From the sequence record SRR20825006_749: a stretch of DNA of 53,929 bases; one strand, given 5' to 3'. Both the position numbers and the translations under genes were made by a program. The notes under the pieces are model-generated. The model was not told the DNA's origin. It searched no databases and saw only the letters and a list, made by a program, of their open reading frames with translations. The stretch's first letter is position 1. Each line of letters begins with the position of its first letter. Positions 10,322 through 21,459 of this stretch are shown piece by piece.

Positions 10322-11596
10322 ATGAAAGTTTTAACTTTTTTGCGGTACACAGGACTTACTGTTGCCGTTTTTACCGGGCTGACCTCCGGTACGGCATTGG
10401 CTATTGAACCTGCTACCGCCGTTGATCGGACGCTGGCATCCAGTCCTGAACTGCAACTTTATCCTTATCATGTCCGGGCACTGGAAGCGGAATCATTACA
10501 GGCGGGTTTAAAGCCCAACCCGACTTTGGGTGTGGAACTGGAAAACGTCATGGGCACGGGGGATAGACGTGTTCTGGCCGGGCACGAACTCACCTTGTCT
10601 TTGAGTCAGGTACTGGAACTCGGAGGCAAGCGTGAGCGCCGGGTTGATGTCGTCGACAGACAATCAGCCGAATTACAGCGCGAGTTTGAAGTAAAGCGTC
10701 TGGATGTCGTTGCTGCCACGCTACGTGATTATTACGACGTCTTGCGTTTGCAACAGCTGCTGGAATGGAACCAGCGCCGCATTGCCTCTGAACAAGCTGC
10801 ACTACAGGTGATTCAAAAACGGGCCAATGCCGGCGTCGTTGGTGAAGCTGACCTGATGCGGATGCAGCTTCGCCTGGCCAAGTCAGAGTCCAAGCAGCAG
10901 ACACTCAATGCTCAGCATGAGCAGGCACTCAGAAGACTGGCTGCCAACTGGGCACAGGAGCCTGACTTCAACTCAGTGGATGGCAATATGGCCCGCCTGC
11001 CGGTCTTACCCGATGCCGCGCAACTTGAACAGGCTCTGCTTGAAACGCCGGATTATCTGCTGATCGTCGCCCAGACCCGAATCAATGAGGCGAGGCTATC
11101 ACTGGCTGAGGCAGAGCGCACAGCGAATGTCACTGTCGGCGCTGGAGTAAGGCGATTCGAAGCCAGTGATGATGTGGCTTTACTCTTCAATTTTTCCATG
11201 CCTTTGCAGTTCAATGACCGCAATCAGGGCAACATCGCCCGTGCACAGGTGCAATACCAGGAAAAACTGGCTCACCAGGAACTGCTGAAGACCCGGCTTG
11301 AGATCGCACTGAGCCGGATTCGGGCAACGATGCAGAATAACCTGGAGCAGGAAAAGCGCCTCAAACAACAACTTGAACCGGTAGCTCATTCTCTGCTCCA
11401 GGAAGTTGAGCGTGGATACAAGCTGGGTATCTATAACGTACTGCAATGGGTCGATGCGCAGGATGAGCTGTATGCCATAGAACGCAACATTATCGAAGCA
11501 CAGTACGCCATTCATCTGCAGTTTCTGGAACTGGAAAGACTCAGCGGCATGAGTCTGGTTACTTACGCCTCTTCCATCGCCGCTGATAAGGAATAA
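10322..11596 (+). CDS. czcC: TolC-family outer-membrane factor of a heavy-metal RND system
   Basis: Signal peptide, LSQVLELGGKR and MPLQFNDRNQGNI motifs; ATG at 10322 after GGGA. Confidence 0.88.
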   Translation: MKVLTFLRYTGLTVAVFTGLTSGTALAIEPATAVDRTLASSPELQLYPYHVRALEAESLQAGLKPNPTLGVELENVMGTGDRRVLAGHELTLSLSQVLELGGKRERRVDVVDRQSAELQREFEVKRLDVVAATLRDYYDVLRLQQLLEWNQRRIASEQAALQVIQKRANAGVVGEADLMRMQLRLAKSESKQQTLNAQHEQALRRLAANWAQEPDFNSVDGNMARLPVLPDAAQLEQALLETPDYLLIVAQTRINEARLSLAEAERTANVTVGAGVRRFEASDDVALLFNFSMPLQFNDRNQGNIARAQVQYQEKLAHQELLKTRLEIALSRIRATMQNNLEQEKRLKQQLEPVAHSLLQEVERGYKLGIYNVLQWVDAQDELYAIERNIIEAQYAIHLQFLELERLSGMSLVTYASSIAADKE

Positions 11597-11601
11597 ACAA
11601 C

Positions 11602-12822
11602 ATGAAATTTTATTTATTTTTACTGGCCCTGCTTTTTAATGCTTCTGTCTATGCCGCGGGCGGCCATGGTCATGATGACGCCGGGCATGAAGCGCCACCG
11701 GAAGGACCGCACGGCGGACGATTGTTGCAGAGTGATGACCTGAATCTTGAACTCACTATTTTTGAATCCGGTATTCCACCGGAAATGCGGATATTTCCCT
11801 ATCAACCTGATGGCAACCCGATTGCTCCGGAACAGATTGAAATGACCGTCACCCTCAACCGGACCGGGGGAGAGCAGGATCTGATCGACTTTACACCTGA
11901 AAACGACTACCTGTTGGGCGATCTGGAAATTGTTGAACCCCATTCGTTTGAAGTGGAAGTCTCTGCCAACTATCAGGATAAAAATTACCACTGGCACTTT
12001 GAGAGCTATGAGGGCCGTGCGGAAATTCCGGATCGCTTGCTGGCACTCTCAGGGGTCGAAACGGAAACCGCTGGCCCACAGACGATAACGCTGACCAAGA
12101 CTGTTTACGGCATTATCAGTAAAGCAGAAGACAGCGTATTTCATGTTCATGCCCCCTACCCCGGCATCGTTCAGTCGGTACAGGTCAACACTGGCGATAA
12201 AGTCAAAAAAGGCCAGCGTCTGCTGACCGTACTCAACCAGCAAACTTTGCAGACCTATAGCGTGACCAGCCCTGCTGCCGGTGAAATCACACAGCGTCCT
12301 GTTAAAAAAGGTGACCACACTGATATGGGCACCTTAGTTGAAGTCAGTGACTTATCCAAAGTCTGGGTTGAAATGTCGATGTTTCCACAGGATATCGAAG
12401 CGATCTCAAAAGGCATGAAGGTCAAAGTCAGTGATTTACATGGCGAACAATCGGCCGAGACTGAACTCAATTACCTGTCTCCACAGATGACCGGTGGCCA
12501 TATCGCCCGCGCCAGAGCCACGCTGAAAAACGCTGAGGGTAACTGGCGGCCCGGCATGCATGTGATTGCCAGGGTGGTCACCGAGAAAATCGAGGTCCCT
12601 TTGGCAGTCAGACGCTCTGCCTTACAGACATTTCGTGAAATGCCAGTGGTGTTTGCCCGATTCGGCAATGTGTTTGAGGTGAGAATGGTGCAGCTGGGAC
12701 AGCAGGACGATGAATACATTGAAGTCACCGGCGGACTGAAGCCCGGCACCGATTATGTCACTCAAAACAGCTATCTGCTCAAGGCCGAAGTCTTGAAAGA
12801 TGGCGCCAGCCACGACCACTAG
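11602..12822 (+). CDS. czcB: Heavy-metal RND periplasmic adaptor
   Basis: His-rich N-terminus, EGPHGGRLL, WRPGMHV and C-terminal GASHDH. Confidence 0.88.
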   Translation: MKFYLFLLALLFNASVYAAGGHGHDDAGHEAPPEGPHGGRLLQSDDLNLELTIFESGIPPEMRIFPYQPDGNPIAPEQIEMTVTLNRTGGEQDLIDFTPENDYLLGDLEIVEPHSFEVEVSANYQDKNYHWHFESYEGRAEIPDRLLALSGVETETAGPQTITLTKTVYGIISKAEDSVFHVHAPYPGIVQSVQVNTGDKVKKGQRLLTVLNQQTLQTYSVTSPAAGEITQRPVKKGDHTDMGTLVEVSDLSKVWVEMSMFPQDIEAISKGMKVKVSDLHGEQSAETELNYLSPQMTGGHIARARATLKNAEGNWRPGMHVIARVVTEKIEVPLAVRRSALQTFREMPVVFARFGNVFEVRMVQLGQQDDEYIEVTGGLKPGTDYVTQNSYLLKAEVLKDGASHDH

Positions 12823-15969
<3,147 letters not shown>

Positions 15970-15980
15970 GGATTGAGACT

Positions 15981-16331
15981 ATGTGGTATTACCTGACTAA
16001 GGTCATTGTCAGTGCTGTGCTGATTGTGGCGATCTCAGAAGTAGCAAAGCGAAGCTCCGTGCTGGGAGCCATTCTGGCCTCGGTACCACTGGTCTCAGTC
16101 ATTGCCATGATTTGGCTGTATCACGAAACCGGTGATACAGCCAAAATCAGCGCGCTGGCTACCAGCATTTTCTGGCTGGTCATTCCTTCTTTAGCTTTAT
16201 TTATCAGCTTACCTGTATTGCTAAAAGCGGGGGTTGGCTTTTACTTAAGTCTGCTGATTTCTATTGGGATAACGATTTTTTGTTATTACGGGATGCTTAC
16301 TGTGCTGAAATTGGCAGAAATCCAAGTCTAA
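15981..16331 (+). CDS. DUF3147-like small membrane protein
   Basis: ISEVAKRS and GAILASVPLVS motifs, four hydrophobic segments; starts 11 nt after czcA. Confidence 0.75.
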   Translation: MWYYLTKVIVSAVLIVAISEVAKRSSVLGAILASVPLVSVIAMIWLYHETGDTAKISALATSIFWLVIPSLALFISLPVLLKAGVGFYLSLLISIGITIFCYYGMLTVLKLAEIQV

Positions 16332-16577
16332 AATACATTGAAATGATAGAGCGCATTAACCGCACTTAATTTTGGCGCGGTATAGGGCTGATTTGATCGA
16401 ATACCACCCTGGAAACCACTGCTACAGGCGGGGCTAAACGTTGGATGCGTATGGTTTTATCGACAGGTCCTGCGACAAGTAATCATGTCGACTGTTAAGC
16501 TTGAAGTGGGTCAATTGCTTGAAAAACCAGCAGCCATTTCTTTTCAAACCAAACCTTAAGCCCAGGCGGAATTTGAT

Positions 16578-17915
16578 TTGCAGCGCCAAGCATCTTCTCC
16601 CAGCGACCAACACACCGAACCCGGCTCACCGGAATATATGGGCCGCCGCCGGCGGCTGCGTGCCTGTCAGGAATGTGACTGGGTGGTTGCTTTACCGGCA
16701 CTGAAGTCGGGCGAGGCAGCGGTGTGCCCTCGCTGTCATCACATCCTGGTCAAGCGTCATTTCCGCCCGGTGCAGCGAAGTATGGCTTTTGCGCTCAGTG
16801 CCCTGATTGCACTGCTGTTGTCGGTCAATTACCCCTTTGTCAGTTTTGCTGCGCTGGGCGTTGGCCAGAATATTCAACTCAGTCAGACAGCCACACAGTT
16901 ATTAAGCTTTGATCAGCCCTTGATGGCAATCCTGGTGTCGTTGACTATTGTGATACTACCGGCGCTTTATTTGATCAGTGTCATCTGGTTACAAGCGGGC
17001 TTGTTGCGCGCTGTGCCGCTAGGCTACAGCCAGCCGATTGCCCGTTCACTGAAACATCTGCATCCCTGGATGATGGCCGATGTGTTTATTATCGGGGCGC
17101 TGGTCAGTTTGTTTAAGGTTTCCAGTGCTGCGGATGTCACGCTCGGCGTCGGTTTCTGGGCATTTTGCAGTTTTGCGATTTTATTATTACTGACCATGCG
17201 CTCGCTTGATGATGACTGGTTGTGGTTTTCTATTGCCGGCGAGCCACTTGCGCCGGAAGGGACACAGACCGGACAGACGGCCGCCTCACAGCAGCTCACG
17301 GGCTGTTCTACCTGCGGCCTATTGCAACGGCTGCCCGATCAGGGACAGGCATTTTGTGAGCGCTGTGGTGAGCGATTGCGTCAACGTCTGCCGCAGTCAT
17401 TGCAAAGGACCTGGGCCTTATTAATAACAGCCTGCGTGCTGTATATCCCGGCAAACATCTACCCCATCATGCATACCACCCGGCTTGGGCAAACTCAGCC
17501 TAATACCATTATTGGTGGTGTGGTGGATCTGATTAATGGCGGCTCCTGGCCGATTGCCCTCATCATTTTTACCGCCAGCATTATCGTCCCTGTGGGCAAG
17601 ATTCTGGCGCTGGGCTGGCTTTGTCTGCGGGTAGGGAAAAGCAGCGAGATCAGGCACCGAAGCCGGATTCGCCTTTACCGGGTTATCGAGTTTATCGGCC
17701 GCTGGTCGATGGTTGATGTCTTCGTCGTGGCGATACTGGTCGCTTTGATCCGCGCCGGCAATTTAATGTCTATCACGCCAGGACCGGCTGCACTGTCCTT
17801 TGCCCTGGTGGTAATATTAACGATGCTGGCTGCTATCAGTTTTGACCCCAGACTGATTTGGGATACACCCGCCGAACAATCGAAACACGTTTTCAAGGAT
17901 CCGCTCCATGAGTGA
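16578..17915 (+). CDS. pqiA: Paraquat-inducible protein A (start codon uncertain)
   Basis: Two sets of CxxC pairs, PWMMADVF, YIPANIYPIM and IGRWSMVDVFVV. Confidence 0.92.
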   Translation: MQRQASSPSDQHTEPGSPEYMGRRRRLRACQECDWVVALPALKSGEAAVCPRCHHILVKRHFRPVQRSMAFALSALIALLLSVNYPFVSFAALGVGQNIQLSQTATQLLSFDQPLMAILVSLTIVILPALYLISVIWLQAGLLRAVPLGYSQPIARSLKHLHPWMMADVFIIGALVSLFKVSSAADVTLGVGFWAFCSFAILLLLTMRSLDDDWLWFSIAGEPLAPEGTQTGQTAASQQLTGCSTCGLLQRLPDQGQAFCERCGERLRQRLPQSLQRTWALLITACVLYIPANIYPIMHTTRLGQTQPNTIIGGVVDLINGGSWPIALIIFTASIIVPVGKILALGWLCLRVGKSSEIRHRSRIRLYRVIEFIGRWSMVDVFVVAILVALIRAGNLMSITPGPAALSFALVVILTMLAAISFDPRLIWDTPAEQSKHVFKDPLHE

Positions 17916-19578
17916 CACCGGTTCAGCCGATCAGCCGCAAAACACTGATTTACACAGGGCAAAAACGGTCAAGGCTTCCCGCTTATCACCGATTTGGATT
18001 ATTCCGGTGGTCGCCGCTTTGATTGGTGCCTGGCTGGTTGTCGATAATTATCTGCATACTGGTCCGCTGGTGACTTTGACCATGTCCAATGCCGAGGGCA
18101 TTGAAGCCGGTAAAACCCGAATCAAAACCCGCAATGTGGATATCGGGCGTGTTGAAGAAGTGAAATTGTCTGAGGACCTCAGCCATGCATTAATCATGGC
18201 ACGTATTAATCACGATGCCGAAGATATGCTGGTTGAAGACACCCGCTTCTGGGTCGTGAAACCGCGTATCAGCCGTGAGGGTATCAGTGGTTTCGGCACC
18301 GTTTTATCCGGTGCCTATATCCAGCTCTACCCTGGCGATTCCGAGCAGCAGCAGCGTCGGTTCGAGGTACTGGAACAACCGCCGGTCGCACTGGATGGCA
18401 CAGAAGGGATGCGCATTAAACTGGTCAGCCAACTCGGTAACTCGCTGCGGATTGGCGATCCGGTGACCTATCAGGGTTATACCGTCGGTCGAGTGGAAAC
18501 GGTCGAGTTTGATAAAGCATCGCTGCAGGTGAATCACCAGCTGTTTATCGAACAGCCCTATGACGCCCTGATTAACAGCAACACACGTTTCTGGTCAGCC
18601 AAGGGGGTGAATCTTGAACTCAGTTCCACCGGTTTTGAAGTCAATATCGCGTCTCTGGAATCACTGATAAGCGGTGGTGTGACTTTTGGTGTACTGGAAG
18701 ACTTACCTGCAGGCCCGGTTAATCCGGAGCGGACATTTCAATTATTCTCCAATGAAGAAGCCGCCCGTCAGGGGATGTTCAGTGACTCTCTTGAATACGT
18801 GCTGCTGGTCGAGGATACAGTGCGCGGTCTCAGTGAAGGCGCCCCGGTGGAATTTCGTGGCATTCGGGTCGGTACCGTCAAGGAAGTACCGTGGCGCTTT
18901 ACCTCACCGGAACGGCGTATCCGTGAAAACTTCGCCATTCCAGTCTTGATTAGCATTGAGCCGCAACGCCTGGGTGGTCAGGACAAAGTCGATCTGGAAG
19001 ACTGGCGTGAAAGGCTGGAAAACATCGTCAGCAATGGTCTCCACGCCACGCTCAAATCCGGCAACCTGCTCACCGGTGCTTTGTTTGTGGATCTGAATTT
19101 TCAGCGTGAAGATGCTGAGAAGCAGGTGGCAGAAACCTTTGAAGACCGGCTCGTTATTCCCACCACGCCGACCGGGCTGGCACAAATCGAGCTGAAGGTT
19201 TCCAGTCTGCTGGATAAACTGAACGCCCTGCAGGTAGAGCCGATTCTTAAAGGCATGGATGAGAGTATGCAGCAATCCGAGACGCTGTTACGGGAAGTTC
19301 GAGACTTAACAGCGAGCATCAAGCAGTTGATCAATAATCCCGAAATACAACAGGTGCCGGGCAATATCAATCAAACCCTGGCCGAATTACGGGAAGCAAT
19401 TAATGGTTTGTCGCCTGAGTCCCAGGCTTATCAGGAGCTGAATAAGACGCTGCAAAGTCTGGAAACCCTGCTGCGTGATTTGCAGCCCCTGGCCCGGACG
19501 TTAGGTGAACAGCCTAATGCTCTGATCTTCAACCCGCCTGCGAGCGATGATCCACAGCCGCCGGCAGCCAAACCTTAG
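17908..19578 (+). CDS. pqiB: MCE-domain intermembrane transport protein PqiB
   Basis: SPIWIIP, TRFWVVKPRI, VRGLSEGAPVEFRGI and GNLLTGALFVDL; three MCE domains plus helical tail. Confidence 0.93.
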   Translation: MSDTGSADQPQNTDLHRAKTVKASRLSPIWIIPVVAALIGAWLVVDNYLHTGPLVTLTMSNAEGIEAGKTRIKTRNVDIGRVEEVKLSEDLSHALIMARINHDAEDMLVEDTRFWVVKPRISREGISGFGTVLSGAYIQLYPGDSEQQQRRFEVLEQPPVALDGTEGMRIKLVSQLGNSLRIGDPVTYQGYTVGRVETVEFDKASLQVNHQLFIEQPYDALINSNTRFWSAKGVNLELSSTGFEVNIASLESLISGGVTFGVLEDLPAGPVNPERTFQLFSNEEAARQGMFSDSLEYVLLVEDTVRGLSEGAPVEFRGIRVGTVKEVPWRFTSPERRIRENFAIPVLISIEPQRLGGQDKVDLEDWRERLENIVSNGLHATLKSGNLLTGALFVDLNFQREDAEKQVAETFEDRLVIPTTPTGLAQIELKVSSLLDKLNALQVEPILKGMDESMQQSETLLREVRDLTASIKQLINNPEIQQVPGNINQTLAELREAINGLSPESQAYQELNKTLQSLETLLRDLQPLARTLGEQPNALIFNPPASDDPQPPAAKP

Positions 19579-19598
19579 CTGGAGCCACATCTACTGTG

Positions 19599-20168
19599 AT
19601 GACATTGAAGCCTTATCTCACTGCCCTTTTTATTGTTCTGTTGAGCGCCTGTGCCAAACAGGCGGTGGACAAGCAGCATTATTTTTTGCCGGCACCAGAC
19701 GGTATTGCAGAGTCTGCAGATAAGCTGGAGACAAAACCTCTGCTGCAAATCAGTGCAGTACAGCTGGCTGATTTTCTGGATAAATCCGGTCTGGTGCTAC
19801 AGTTGGATGACATCACGCTGAACCAGGCGAAAAACCATGTCTGGGCTGAAGATTTGCGTCGGCAAATCAATCGGGGTTTGCAGGCGCGCCTTAATCGTCA
19901 ACAGCAACCTTATACCGTGGTCGGACCGCAGACAGCAGCGGATTGGCGTGTATCATTTGAAATTCATGCCTTCCATGGCCGTTATGATGGACTGGCGCTG
20001 ACCAGTGGCCAGTGGCAGCTGAAAAACCAGCAAGGTGAAATAGTGCAGATTAAACGCTTTGAGATAGAGACTGAACTTAATCAGTCCGGCTACCCTGCCC
20101 TGGTCAGAGCGCTGGGTGAGAACCTCGACAAACTGGCTACACAAGTGACTGAGCAGCTGCAGCTATAA
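19599..20168 (+). CDS. pqiC: PqiC-family lipoprotein
   Basis: Lipobox LSAC, LADFLDKSGLVLQ and HVWAEDL; follows pqiB. Confidence 0.88.
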   Translation: MTLKPYLTALFIVLLSACAKQAVDKQHYFLPAPDGIAESADKLETKPLLQISAVQLADFLDKSGLVLQLDDITLNQAKNHVWAEDLRRQINRGLQARLNRQQQPYTVVGPQTAADWRVSFEIHAFHGRYDGLALTSGQWQLKNQQGEIVQIKRFEIETELNQSGYPALVRALGENLDKLATQVTEQLQL

Positions 20169-20220
20169 AGTGAACGACATTACATTATGTTTCAATCTGT
20201 TACCACAAAAGGAAATCCAT

Positions 20221-20730
20221 GTGACTCCAGAGGAAATTGAATTATATAAAGACGCAATAAAAATCGGCGTTCCAGCTATTGTTGGTCTTTTCGCGGGTCT
20301 TATTCCTTACTTAATTGAGCGTAAAAAAGTCTCAGCCCAAACAGTTATCGAGAGCGAAAGAGCTCGAAGAGAAATAATTATTAGTTTTTCTGATGCACTT
20401 TCAAAATATATCGGAAGCTCTTCAGCTTACATCTCGTATTTGCTATCTTCAGAATTTAATGGCGGAGACGAATGGCGTGAGCGACTAACCGATTCAGCCT
20501 CAAAAATGCTAGAAGGTGAGGTGGATCGAACAAGAGCTAAAGCACTCTCTGGGATTATAGGAAACGCTGATGTGGTTGATTCTCTCCTAAAGTTTGACGA
20601 GTGCGTCAGCGATGTCATTAGCCTACTCGCTCATCCTCGGAGGCCAAGTGATGAAGAAAAAGAACTGTCGCTAAAAAAAATGAAAGAACATGAAAAATCT
20701 CTTTTACATACCTTGGGTAAGCTCCTCTGA
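20221..20730 (+). CDS. Hypothetical single-pass membrane protein, AT-rich
   Basis: GTG at 20221 after AAGGA; N-terminal TM helix (IGVPAIVGLFAGLIPYLI) followed by a helical region; codon usage differs visibly from neighbours. Confidence 0.65.
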   Translation: MTPEEIELYKDAIKIGVPAIVGLFAGLIPYLIERKKVSAQTVIESERARREIIISFSDALSKYIGSSSAYISYLLSSEFNGGDEWRERLTDSASKMLEGEVDRTRAKALSGIIGNADVVDSLLKFDECVSDVISLLAHPRRPSDEEKELSLKKMKEHEKSLLHTLGKLL

Positions 20731-20746
20731 AAAAACTCAACCTATC

Positions 20747-20766
20747 ATCGCCTGTGCGCGGGCGAT
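20747..20766. terminator. Hairpin between convergent genes
   Basis: ATCGCCTG-TGCG-CGGGCGAT; no clear U tract. Confidence 0.35.
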
Positions 20767-20773
20767 TAGTACG

Positions 20774-21424
20774 TTAGATCTCATCGACCGATTTGATTTC
20801 GTCTGATGACCAGTTGTTAATCGCTGCCTCCACGCTGCCGTGGCGACTGACTGCACCATCAAACTGATTCATGTAAACCAGTCCCAGGTTCACCCCGTCC
20901 AGAATGATGTTATGCACCTGCCAGGGCTTGCTAATGTCTTTTCTGCCCATGGCATAGTCAACCGAGTAAATCCTGTTGTTACCGGTCTGCGCTTTCATTT
21001 TGATGTAAGCCCGGTTGTCACTTTGCGGACTGAAGTCATCGGGCAACGGCAGCACCTCAATGCTTTTGACTTCAAAGGTTTGGAAGCTTTTCATATAGAG
21101 CCGGGACAAGCTGCGTTTGAAAGCAGCCGAAAACTCCTGTTTCTGCTCCTGAGTCGCTTGCTTGCCATGCTTGCCCATCACACCGCGGGCAATGGCATCA
21201 AAATCCACAACCGGTTCCAGCACCTGGAACAAGTCATCCGCCATCTCCTGAGTAATCTGGCTTTCTTCCAGCGTCTGGTGCTCTTTGATAATATCCAGCA
21301 CTTCATCAGTCGATTCCTGGATGATTTGTCTGGGGTTGTTATTGGCCTGCTCGGCGCTGGCAGAGAGCCCAAAGAACAGCAGGCATGACATTAAAACCAG
21401 ATGGAAAAAAGTCGCTTGTCGCAT
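20774..21424 (-). CDS. MlaC/Ttg2D-family periplasmic lipid-binding protein
   Basis: Signal peptide, VDFDAIARGVMG and WQVHNIILDGVNLGLVYMNQF (MlaC C-terminal pattern). Confidence 0.85.
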   Translation of the reverse strand: MRQATFFHLVLMSCLLFFGLSASAEQANNNPRQIIQESTDEVLDIIKEHQTLEESQITQEMADDLFQVLEPVVDFDAIARGVMGKHGKQATQEQKQEFSAAFKRSLSRLYMKSFQTFEVKSIEVLPLPDDFSPQSDNRAYIKMKAQTGNNRIYSVDYAMGRKDISKPWQVHNIILDGVNLGLVYMNQFDGAVSRHGSVEAAINNWSSDEIKSVDEI

Positions 21425-21459
21425 AAATTTTTATCCCTTTTCCTTAATGAGTATTGCAA

